Below, piece by piece: positions 1 to 11,643 of a stretch of 64,000 nt of DNA; within the stretch, counting starts at the first letter, position 1, and each line of letters opens with the position of its first letter. Origin of the DNA: Nageia nagi (taxonomy: Eukaryota; Plantae; Pinophyta); assembly GCA_050084985.1 (NCBI GenBank), contig JBITNC010000001.1:15996001-16060000 (forward strand), given 5' to 3'. A model generated the notes under the pieces. It was not told the DNA's origin and ran no database searches. It was given only the letters and a program-made list of their open reading frames with translations. Position numbers and translations under genes: made by a program.

Positions 1-624
1 GAGGGAGAGAAATAAATGGGGATGACATCTTTATAGTGTTGAAGAGATTGCTCCCTTTCATGCATGTAAGGTTGGGAAACAAAAACTTGAGTGTAGTGTA
101 TGGTGAAAGCAACAACAATCTTATGTAAAATATCAACCCTTACTTCCTCATCCATAATGGATTAGAATTGTGTGGATTTCCTAGGTGGGCAAAGCTTTTA
201 GAAGAATTCCTTGGAGACTCTAGTTATTGATTATTGCTCCATTGTTTCTTCTATGCTTCATGGCTATTTAGTTGAACCCAAAATTGATATTGGGGATATT
301 AGTTAGCTCTTATGATTGAGATAATGTGTTTATGCCTCTATTATGTATATCAACTTTTAAGAGCATGGATTAATCTTACCAAGGTTATTGTCAATGTTTG
401 AGCTGAACTAGATTCAATGTTTATGTAGTCAATCTATTGAGATTCTACACTTTGCTCAAATCTATACGTACCAATGCAAACATACAAGGGGAAAATTCAT
501 ATTTGTATAAGACACAACAAGACATCAAGTAGAGTTAATCATGCTTCAAAATTCTGCAAATTCCAAAAAAAGGGAATCATATTAAACTTTACATCGCATA
601 ACGATAGCCATTTTGAGATATCTA

Positions 625-3165
625 TGCAGAAATTGAGAATAAAACTCAAGATATGTATACATGTGGGGATTCGTAACAAGAGTACAAAGAAATAATCTTA
701 ATCGTCCAAATGTAACAAATTAGGAGAAGGATGACAACAATGTCCAAGGAATTAAATGACCTTGTATGAAGCATTATCAACTTAGGAACTTTAAAAACAA
801 GAAGAGAACACTAACGTTAGACACACTAACTAACCTAGCAATCTTAACATAGGTATACTCTAACACCCACCCCCCCCTTAAGTGATGCTAGGAGGGAGTG
901 TGGAAAATACCCAAAAAATAGAAAAGTGGTAAGTTCCACAAATATGAGTCATGACAACAAGGCCTTATAAGGTACTCATATACAATAGCTACCAAAAAAG
1001 TTGTACAACTATGCTAAAGATGATGGAAAACCACATGGGAAAAAACCATCTGTTAGTAGAGGAAAGAAGGTGGATAAATTTTGTCATCCCAAGCAAGATA
1101 TAAGAAATCATGATCATTGAATCAAGTATAGAGATGCTATAGAGATTGATGACAATGAATAACCACAAATCAAGAAATGCAAAACCTCCAAATAAGTTAG
1201 GATCAAAGAGCTACAAATATGCATAAGTGAGCTAAACAACAGTACTCGATCAACAACAACAAAGAGAGTCCCTCAACATGAAATTAGGGCATGAATTTTT
1301 CTTTGAAGAGTTCATCGATGATGCAGATTACACACTAAAAGGTACCAACTACTTATAACAAGGATCCATGAATAAGGTTGCTTCAACAAGAAATTCCTAC
1401 AAGCAAATACTAAAGTACATAAAAAACTCGACCATCAAAATCTTCACAATGAAGACCAAATAGCAAGTGCCAAGGAAGAGTGCCATGAGATTGTATATGT
1501 TAGATCCAATCCTAGAGGACCTCAAAAAAGCCATGAAACTAAGTTATTTATACTGGTGTTGATAATGCTCACTATAATACTAAAGACATCACAAAGCCTC
1601 CAATGGAGATAAAACTCCAAAAGTGAACTAGATCTAGCCACTAGTAGATCCGATACAGAAAGCTTCAAAGAAAGATTGAAGAGATCAACCAAGGAAGCAT
1701 TAAAAAAGATGTAGATGATAATCCACCCTTAATGTGATGAGGAGAGATGATAAGTCAAAGAGTCTATATAACAAGATCCAACATGAGGCAACACGAGATG
1801 ATGTAATAGGAAGTATTGAAGGATCCCCCATAATGAACTGCAATACGATGGGTTGATAACAAGGTCCAAAATAGAATGGATAATATATCAACAACCAAGG
1901 GTATAATAGACAAGGTTATACAACAACCACTATCAAAAAAGGCTTATAAAGAGCAATCTGAGAATGAGGATCTTCAAAACCATCAAGTCAACATCGAAGA
2001 GCTCTAAGTTTACTTCACAATGCAAAAAATAACACACAAAACGGAAAATCGAAATTCAAGATATTGAATTAATATGATTAAGGGTAAAAAAATCAAAATA
2101 TTTAAACCCCGCTATAGAAAATTAATTAATTTCAAAAATTGAAATTCAATTAATAATATAAATCAAAAACTTCCAAACCAAATTTTTGGCAAACGAAACG
2201 ACAAAGGGAGATTGTTCACGTAGTCAAAACGACCAGCTCGAAATCAGAAATGTTGTGAAGCTGTCGATTTTGAAAGATAACCACTGAAACTCCGAATAAA
2301 ACCAAAAAACCGTCGACTTAAAAAACTATCCAAAATAAATGAAGTTTCAAAGAAGCACTCAACCCCAAAATGAAGAGCCATGGTCGCAAAATAGGATGGT
2401 GAGGCGAGATCGCCAACAAGACATAGTCTGCGAGTACGTCACATCGAGGGTGATCTTCACGATGATGTACAAGTGAAGAAACGGCTTCAGGCAGAGAACA
2501 CCAGAAGAGCACAGCGAGGGAACGTGACGTTGAAGAGGCCGCTTGAGGCAGGTGCTTGGGTGGTGGAGTCACACTGGGGTACCATGGACGACCAATAAGG
2601 GGCCTCGGGTTCTGAGCAGCAAGCCATGAAGGGGCCACGATGGCCAAGAGATGCATGGACAAAGAGCTACACGAAACACAGAGAATGTCGTCTAAGCTAG
2701 TTGCATACGATGACCAATTTCAGATCTCACAAAATATCACCATAGTGTTGTGAGGAAGATCACTTACGCAACCCACAAACATGTCCACCAAATCTAACTC
2801 GAATCACTGATAAAAAAATGCAACTCCACAGACAACTACACGTCCACACATCATGTAATGTAAAATAGATCTCCTCCATGCAAATTCTCTAAAGTCTCAG
2901 AAAATGGAGGTGAGGAGGGATTTGGTTCAAAGCCAACCCCCCTCACAGATTTGCTAACCAAATTTAAGAGGGCATGCCCTTTGATACCATGTAGAAGTTA
3001 GAATAAAACTCTATATATTATAAATGGAGAAGTCTTGATTAAATAGTCAAGGTACACAAAATGCATACAAGGGATTCTTAAAAAGAGTTTGTTAGAATCC
3101 TAAACAAACCAAGAAAAAAACAAACTAAGAAAAGGATTAAATGTAATCTGTAATATACTCTAACA
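625..3165 (-). mobile_element. Old non-autonomous LTR retroelement (no recognisable pol) with short diverged LTRs
   Basis: On the minus strand: 5' LTR 2990-3165, PBS TGGTATCAAAGGGC (tRNA-iMet type) at 2976-2989, PPT at 866-878 (CCCACCCCCCCCTT on plus), and 3' LTR 625-865. Both LTRs start TG(C/T)AGAA..GAATAAAACTC and end TATACTCTAACA on plus. The 5 bp TSD ATCTA is at 620-624 and 3166-3170. Confidence 0.8.
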
Positions 3166-3677
3166 ATCTATCTCAAAACATGCACAATTTGGCTCAAGTT
3201 CATCATTTGTTTGCTCTAAAAGACTAAGTTTCATCTTCTAAGATAAAAAGTTATCCACAATCTACCTTTGACATACAATTTTTAAATAAATATTCATTAT
3301 ATGTCCTTTTTCGAATTGATATGATCTAATTACTAGATTAAATTGTAATCCCTAAGGTACACAAAATACATGGAGGGGATTCGTAACAAGAGTTTGTTAG
3401 AACCTTAAATAAACTAAGAAAAAGATTAAAATGCAATCCTTCTTGTACTCTAAAAATCTATCTCAAAACATGAGCAATTTGGCTTCTGCACAAGATTGAC
3501 CTGAAATAAGTTTTGGGTGTTAAATCTAGCCTATATTCGATCAAGTTCATCATTTATTTACTAAGTTTCATCTTCTAAGATAACAAATTATCCACAATCT
3601 ACCTTTGATATACAATTTTCAAATAAATATTCTTTATATCACCTCTTTTGAATTGATATGATCTAATTACTAGATTT
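3049..3677. repeat. Local diverged ~305-340 bp direct duplication spanning an LTR end and its flank (in all four units)
   Basis: AAGGTACACAAAAT..CAAGAGTTTGTTAGAA..ATCTATCTCAAAACATG..TTATCCACAATCTACCTTTGA..GATCTAATTACTAGATT occurs at ~3049-3339 and ~3354-3677. Confidence 0.85.
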
Positions 3678-3956
3678 TATTTTGCATGTTACTATTAATC
3701 TATTTTCATTATTTTATTTGTGTAAAATAATCAAATAGTTTTTATAATTTCCTATATTTTCATTTTGAATGTTCATTTTATAAAGTCTAAATACAGTTAA
3801 ATCCTTGTTGGTTGATTGATTGGATTTGAGATGTGTGTTGGTGGTAATGGTTTCTCTTAATAGTCGTTATTTTTTTATTTATCAGTATTTTTTTTATTTA
3901 TCGGTATCTTTTCAAAAGTTGAATATCTTATATTGTCAGTAGTATGATATATGGAG

Positions 3957-4022
3957 TATGCAAATTCCACCCTTTTGTATGAAGAAGGAATGTGCAAATT
4001 CCATCTTTTTGTATGAAGATGG
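3957..4022. repeat. 34 bp direct repeat x2
   Basis: TGCAAATTCCACCCTTTTGTATGAAGAAGG / TGCAAATTCCATCTTTTTGTATGAAGATGG. Confidence 0.85.
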
Positions 4023-4149
4023 TTTCTTAATATAATAAAAAACCTCTTTCTATTTATATAATATAATATATATATATAACACAAGTTAACAAATATAAAG
4101 AATACATAAATTCGAACCTATAATCCCATGTACTCTTTTGCCAATAGAG

Positions 4150-4700
4150 ATGACTAAAGCTGAAACGAACAATAAAACCAGAACCAGCTTTTATTAATGT
4201 TCATGTATAGCATTCAAATAAAACATACAAGCTCTGACTGTACACACCAAAATGAAATTACGCGTCTAGGCTTGAATGTTACATCATCGCAATACACCAT
4301 GATATACACTGTAAACTTGATTCCTTACAGCTTTGTTGTTCATCCATGTCAACAGTAACATTGGAACAAAATGGTCCTTTGAAAGCAGTCCAATGCTGTC
4401 GAATCAACTTATGACAGTATGCCATCCACTAATGCATCATGACGTTTAAAAAGCAAAATAAAAAAAGACAATGGTCCTATAAACTTACACACTGTAAACA
4501 TACACCTTACAGCTGTTATCCATATTGTTCATGTCAACAGTAACATTCAGACAAAAATGGTCCTTTGAATGTATTCGAATGCATATGACATTGTTTGCCA
4601 TCCCCCAATGCATCATGACGGTTGAAGAAAAAATGCAATGCAATTTGGGATAACAATTACTCATGTTTACGCAATGCTTGATGCAACTATATATAGCCAT
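4150..4700 (-). ncRNA. Candidate short Pol II non-coding transcription unit with two ~140 nt structured repeats (copy 1)
   Basis: TATA-like CTATATATAG at 4687-4696, two diverged repeats (4306-4444, 4489-4620) with shared hairpins whose G-U pairs mostly favour the minus strand, and AATAAA (minus) at ~4190-4195 followed by a U-rich tract. No family recognised. Confidence 0.35.
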
Positions 4701-4899
4701 AAATTATTATTGTGACTGTCATCACTTCTCAAGTATGCCATACTTTTAACTTTTTATCAATATATTAAAGTAGAGAAAGGCAAAGCATTATTGACAGGAC
4801 AAAAGTTATTATCCTACATTAAATATTTTTAGTGATTGTAGTTCAGAAATGGGCATATATTGTTTGAATGCCTGAAACAACTTAATAGTTGTGATGTAG

Positions 4900-5348
4900 T
4901 AATATAACAATGGTTAAACACAAGAAGCAATGTCATCATAAGCAATAAGTTGATCGAAAAATTGAAGATGAGTTTGGCCATTTATTCCATGAACAGTGAC
5001 TTCTACATTTTGCCTTTAGGAGGACTACCGCATATAGTGCTTGAGGAACAATGGTTATACACCTTGAGGGAAATCACTTCCAACTACAAAACATTAGAGA
5101 TGAAGTTCAAGGTTGAAGGACGTAAAGTACAAATGCAAGGCATCAAGGATGGAGGAGGAAACAAAACTAGGAGAACCTTTGTAGCAAGAATGACGCCATT
5201 AAGAAAATTTCATGACATACGGTTAGCCTTGATGCTAAGAAGCTTAAAAATGAAGATGAATGTGGAAAGAAGCAAGAGGGCTTAGGCTTAGTTGTTGCAT
5301 TTGCAAATTCGAATTGCTTGAGGACAATCAATTTGGGAGGGGTGGATT
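4900..5348 (+). pseudogene. Ty3/gypsy remnant (C-terminal part of aspartic protease region plus PPT); also at ~16200, ~27480, ~47710
   Basis: DFYILPLGGLPHIVLEEQWLYTLREI...MKFKVEGRKV matches the Ty3 'DF.VL.L...D.VLG.QWL.TLG' protease tail. It is followed by a PPT-like GGGAGGGG and an LTR start at 5349. Confidence 0.75.
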
Positions 5349-6044
5349 TATAATATTCCCAAATTTGGACATCTCACTCACTACGGCACTAGGAAGTGGG
5401 ACGTGCACCCTCATGGTGCTCTCTTAGCAATTTAGGAGTATTTTCATAGTTTTAGGACAATTTGGAAATATTTTAGTAATTTATGCAATATTTATGGGAT
5501 TTTTATATATTTTATCCCACTTGAAGGATCTCCAACATGTGATGTTGGACTCTATGAGTCATTATTTGTTATTTTTATGTATTAATTGCATGAGCCATTT
5601 ATTAATGTCAAATAATTATTATAATTAAAATACCAAGATAATTATTTATTGTAAATGCAATATTAGTCTCCTTAAGTAAGGCATATTTCTAACCTTGATG
5701 ATTGTAATTTGGCATCTCAAGGCACTTTAATGCATCTCTATGTAATTATGCTCCCCCCTAAGCTAGATGCATCCCTAAGGGGCAAAGCACAACGATCACA
5801 AGAGGGAGATACTAATCCCTAGGCATAAGAGACTCTAAGAGGGAGGCATGGCATCAAGAAGGACAAACTGGCACTGTTAGATGTGATTTTGTGAATCCCA
5901 AGTCATCAACATTGCAACATCTCATTCCAAGAGTTCATCTCATCCATCAAAGCCAATTGTGGTGATCCTTAGGCACAGGGAAATCATCTAGAGGTGGATA
6001 CATGACCTGGAGACCATTTGGAGTCTACAAAAGGAGGATGAGAC
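5349..6044 (+). mobile_element. 5' part of outer gypsy LTR 'A' (interrupted by element B)
   Basis: Starts TATAATATTCCC (degenerate TGTAAT) right after the PPT. The remainder is complete only in unit 4 (58644-59417). Confidence 0.7.
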
Positions 6045-7611
6045 TGTAATGTCCCCATGTTTATGGCATTTTCCCCACTTTGCCATTGGAAAATGGAAAC
6101 TTTTAGCTTAGTTTTATTTTGTTTAATTTTGGTATTTTAATAGTATTTTAGCCCTCTATTTGTAAGTTCCACTTAGTAGATTAATTTATTACTCCAAGCA
6201 TGGGATGTTGGACCTTTTAGTGCAATTAGGAGTGATTTACTATTTTTAATATGTCAATAATTATGTAATAGAATACCAAGGCAATTATTAATTGTAAATG
6301 CAATATTAATCACCTAATTTGAGACGTTACATATGAAGCCTTAATTAATGTATATTAGCATTAATAGGTCTTGGTTATTTTTTAGCTCTCCTCTTAGCTA
6401 TTCAAGGTAGAGCCATATGATTCTTATGGAATAACACTTACTATGAGGCACTAGAAGACTCCCACACTTGGATGTTAGGCTTGTGATGAGGTTTTTATCA
6501 TTTGATGAGCGATTGGGCAGCCCAATACACCCATGTCTCACCCTTGGAGGCTTCTAGCATGATGGTGTTGATCCCTACGCCCATGGAAGTCCTCCATAAC
6601 CTAATGTTGGCATTCTAGGCCCTTGGATGTGATTTCACTTATCCCAAGGCACCTCATCTAAAGCATGGGATATGGAAAGCATACTAATCATGCTTGGACA
6701 TCGTTGCATGAGAGTACATCAATCCCAACATAAGATTAATGATGAAGCTACCTCACACTATAAAAGGAGAATTCTTGGAAGATAATAACATTATATTATG
6801 ATTATGATTTCTTCTTCTTGGTTTGGGCATTTCTCTTCCTTGATTTCCACTTCGACGAAGTGAGGTACCTATTGCGGGGTGTAGAACAAGACTTATGTGG
6901 GTACACACTTTGAGGAATAGTGCACCTTAGGGTTGTAACAAGGGGTGTTGGCATTACCCTTAGATTAGTAGAATATTGCTAGTGGATCTTTGAGATTCCA
7001 CCACAATTATGGAGGAGGAAGCCCTGGTGAAAGCCTTGACACTGCTAAGGATCTTAGCCTTGGAGCATCATTCTTCATTACACATTCATTGTAATTGATG
7101 TCACTTCTCTCATTATTCAAATGCAATTACATTTGGCCATTACATTGTTATTTTCTTTTCATTTCATGATATATGTCTTTGTATGATATTTAGCATATTT
7201 GAGGGTGTGATATTGAGTGTTTACACTTCTTGGCTATACATATCCATTATAAGTGATAATTCATTGCTAATTTGTTATTCTATCTAGTCGTCGGGATCTC
7301 AAGGCACTATTTTGCATGTATAAGCTAGACGTTGAGTATTTAAATGTAATGTCCCCATTTTTATGGTGTTTTCCCCATTTCGCCACTGTAAAATGGGAAC
7401 ATTTAGTTTAGGGTTATTTTACTTAATTTTGGTAATTTAATGAATATTTAGCCTTTTATTTGTAAGTTCCACTTTAACATTAGTTAATTGCTCCAATTAT
7501 GGGATGTTGGGCATATTTTAGTCCTTAGGAGTTATTTTATATTATTAATTATGTCAATAATTATGTAATTTAAACTCCAAGGTAATTATTAATTGTAAAT
7601 GCAATATTGGT

Positions 7612-7797
7612 TACCTAATTTAATGCATTGCATATATTAAGCCTTGATGATTGTAATATTGGCATTAAATGGTCCTCTTTAGCAATATTGCTCCCCTCTC
7701 TAGGTACCTAATTTAGCGCATTGCATATATTAAGCCTTGATGATTGTAATATTGGCATTAAATGGTCCTCTTTAGCAATATTGCTCCCCTCTCTAGG
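7612..7797. repeat. 93 bp tandem duplication inside the middle LTR (all units)
   Basis: TACCTAATTTA..GCATTGCATATATTAAGCC..CTCCCCTCTCTAGG at 7612 and 7705. Confidence 0.9.
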
Positions 7798-10700
7798 TAT
7801 AAGATGATACCAAAGTGATTTCACCTATCACGAGGCATAAGAATACACCCATACTTGAACACCAAGAGGATTGGATTATTTATGGATGATATTTGGCATC
7901 CCAAGGCACCTTGGAAGACCTTAAGGCTTAACATCACACTAGGAGGCTCATAAGGTGCTTGTGTGGATCCTAATGCACATGGGAATCCCCTAACATGAGA
8001 CGTTGCAACTATGAGCACTTAGATGAGATGACACTCATCCCAAGACTCTCCATCATGGATGTTGGATAGAGAAGCACATAGATCACCCTTAGACACCATT
8101 GGATGAGATCACATCAATCCCAATGCATGATTAGAAGATGATGAAGCTACCTATCGTTATATAAGGAGGATTCTTGGAAGAAAAATGCATTTTATTATCA
8201 TTATCTTTTCTTATTCTTGGTTTGGGCATTGTTCTTCCTTGATTCCATTCTTCAGAGTGAGGTACCTATAGCAGGGTGTAATATAGGACTTACATGGGCA
8301 CACACTTGGGGGTTGGCATAACCCAAGTAGATGGCTAGCTATTGGAGGGGTGTTGGCATCACAGTCAAATTAATAGAACATTACTAGTGGATGTCTAAGA
8401 TTCCACCACAACTATTAAAGGAGGAAGCCTTGGTGCAAGCCTTGCCACACTATGGATCTAAGCCTTGGAACATCAATCTTTGCTACATTGTCATTGTAAT
8501 TGTGCTTTACTACATTTGTTATTTCAAATACAATTACATTGGCCTTTAATCTGCTAAATTCTTTTCATTTGTCTCATCTTACTTGGATGTTAGATCTAGA
8601 GTGCATTTTATGTTATTAATTCATGTTCTTGCTCTCCTAATCCCTATGTTGGACATTTGGCATAATTGAGGGTGCATTATTGAGTATTTACCCTTATTGG
8701 CAAGATGTCTACACTATGAGTGATAATTAATTGCTAATTTGTCATCTTATCTAGTTGTTGGGTTTATGAGGATTTTGTATTGAGATCTTGCCAATACTAG
8801 CTAGACATTGGGCATGTTGCATAATTTTGTGTATTATTGTTGAGATCTGGAGCTTTGGAGTGAAATATCCCTTTCCTAGGGCATGTTTGGTGATTCTTGC
8901 TATTATTTGGAGTTGAAGTTAGAGGATTTGCACCAAATCCCATTAAGCCAAAATTAAGGCTTATCACATTGAAGGCCATTGAAGTGTTCTTGACATTTTG
9001 GATGAGACGTTACATTTTTGGCATGTGATTTGACCACTTACACATGAACGTTGGGTTTGTATGATATTAATTGATGAGATCTTGTATGTGCATGAGTTTG
9101 TTGTGCTATTTTGGGCATCATTGATTAGATTTGAGGCAGAGTGTGACCTCCCTCCTATAGGGATAGTTTGGCAATTTTTAATTATCATTTTAGTTTGGAA
9201 TTTGAGATATGAGTGAGCCTTAGTTTAGCTCATCACAATTGGTATCAAAGACCAAGATCTTTCCATCCTATTGGGTTAGATATTGAGAAAGATTTACAAT
9301 GAGCCAAGATCTTTCCATCTTGTTGGGTTAGATCTTGAGGGAGTTTTTCATAGCCAAGATCTTATTGTCTTGTTGGAAGACCTTAGAAGACTTATAGTTA
9401 TGGAAAGAAGTTACAGTTGTTGTGAAGAGGAGATCTCTTCGTCTTGTTGGAGAGAAATTGCAGAGTTTAGATCTTACCATTGTTGTTGAGCAAAGACCTA
9501 GAGAAGGAGTTACAATGGAATTACAGTGGTAATCAAAGAATTGTGAGGAGATTCAGAAGCATCACAGTGAAATCAAAGGTTTCAAGCATCTAGATTTGAA
9601 ATTTGGGTTACTAAAGGAATACGTTGAGGACTTTTTGCTAATTTTAGGGAGTTTTAAGGACTAAGCTAGTTTGTCGCACCTATGGAAGCATATTTTGGGT
9701 ACTAGATCTCATTCCTTGGTCCCTTGGAGGATAACATTGGAGCTTTGGGTATCCAATTTGCAAATTCGGGCATCTAAAGGTAGACATTGGAGCTTTTTAC
9801 ACCAAATTGTAGTGTTTGAGGAGTGAATGGTGTGACGTAGGGCCTTGGTGCCTAGTTTGAACCCTTCATCACTGGATCTTGCACTTGGATCAAGATTATT
9901 CCACCCTAGAGGCACTACTTTCTAGGTTTGAGTAAATTTGAAATTTCCAAATTAATTTCAAGAATTTAAATTTTTAAGGAAAAATTTAAACTTTGCAATC
10001 ATGGAGGGATAAGATATACAAGACTTTTTAATTATTTTTAGAGGGATTTAATTTAATTTGACAAGAAAATTAAATGAGAGATAAGTCTTTTAAAATTTTG
10101 AATTTTGAAGGAAAAAGCAAGATGCAAATATGAAAAGCAAATTTCAAATATTTTGAAACACTATAAAGGAAAACGTTTAAGTGGGAGTGGGAGCACAACA
10201 TTTTTGAGAAGCATATTTCGCAATTAGGAGCAAAGGAGAAGTTTGTTCCACCAAGGAGACCATCATTTAGCTTGGAGAGAGGTTCGTTGTGCTTCTAGGA
10301 GGCTCATTTCCACAATTATTCCCTCCAAGAGGATTTGTCCACTCTTGGGAGGCCTATTTCGAATTTGCAAAGTTCTAAATAAGCTCGTCCTACATTGAAG
10401 ACCAATTTTCCAGACATTGAGCAACTGCTTGGTTCATGACAACATCATTGAACATTGAGGAGGATCATTCCACCTTAGAGAGCTAGTCTTGAGGTGTAGG
10501 AACCACAAAGAGATTCATTTAGCCTTATTTAACAATAGCATCTTCAGGATTGAGTAGGGATGAAGCATTCCTTAGAGGCATTCCAAGAAGATATCGAGTT
10601 TGTTATTGTTGCAAGAGACCCTAAGAACCCAACCATCGTTGTGAATGCCAAGACAAGGGTTTCCACATTGGAAGGACATCAATAGTGAGGATTGACCACA

Positions 10701-11146
10701 AGGGAAGGGTTCATCAGAAGGAGTGCACTCGTTGGAAGGGAAGATATTTCATGATAGAACATGGAGGTGCCAACCACATCACCACACTCATAGCAATCTT
10801 GCACACCTTGTACCAAGAATATTCAACTCTTCCACCAGAGGTTAAGGAAGCACTAAGCTTTCAAGAGTTCATAGAAGTCATATGAGCAAGGGAGGATGAA
10901 ATTCACACACCACCTCACCAAAACCATCAAAGGAGATGATTAGAGGGATACATAGCATCAAGAGTTAGAACTTCCCCAATACCATTGAGACGAAGAGAAG
11001 ATGAGACTCTAATTGTACACAATGGAAAAAGGAGAAGCTTCCAAAGAGAGCTTTAGGGATACTGTGAAAGCTACAAAGAGAATTGGGCTCCCAACCAACA
11101 AAGACAAAATCAACATTACCATTCAAGGATAATATCATATATAAGG

Positions 11147-11643
11147 ATGATCGAAGGGAAACATAATAAGGCAACACACTACCGATCAATCAAAGTTAGA
11201 GTAGAAGTTGCAGGAGAAGCAATCCTTATACTGATTGATAATGGGGCAACACAAAATTTCATTGACCAAGGATTTGTAGCAAGAAAGAACCTCCCAACCA
11301 AGGTTGTCGAAGGATTGAATGTCACTAATGCAAATGGGCACTACACATTGTCTAACCGAATGTTAGACTCAAGATCAAGCTTAGTAACCACATTCTTGAG
11401 AACAAATTCTACATCTTCCCACACGATGGGTTGCAACAGGTATTGCTTGGAGTATAGTGGATGTATCCTTTAGGAGATATTCCAACAAATTTCCAAAGGT
11501 TCGAAGTGAGTTTTTGGATCAAGGGACAAAAGGTCATCATCAAGGGAATGAAGGATTGTTGTGGACAACACTTGACAACACCACAAGAGAAGGACAACAT
11601 GCATTTTATGGTTGCCTTCAAAAGAGCCACCCCAACAAAATAA
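11147..11643 (+). pseudogene. Frameshifted Ty3/gypsy aspartic protease (also 22439-22935, ~42658-43156, 56589-57085)
   Basis: ILILIDNGATQNFID resembles the LIDSGATHNFI active-site motif. It continues after a frameshift as VLLGVQWMYPLGDI. Confidence 0.85.

Noticed and set aside
2318-2662. 114 aa minus-strand ORF (and copies)
   Set aside because: It lies in the GC-rich leader of a non-autonomous LTR element, its frame changes between copies, and it has no domain.
3958-3965. ATGCAAAT octamer as an snRNA promoter element
   Set aside because: It is an animal-type element. No plant USE (RTCCCACATCG) or snRNA body is nearby.
4306-4620. C/D or H/ACA snoRNA, or known miRNA
   Set aside because: The C-box-like ATGATG has no conserved terminal CTGA, the ACA lies inside a short stem, and I recognise no mature plant miRNA.
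4485-4700. 71 aa ORF, or a defensin-like frame (GKQCHMHSNTFKGP..CYC)
   Set aside because: The ORF start overlaps the TATA-like box and there is no signal peptide. The defensin-like frame lacks a start codon and the full cysteine pattern.
7821-9915. Short ORFs conserved across units
   Set aside because: They lie in LTR or leader sequence, and their conservation only reflects the recent duplication.
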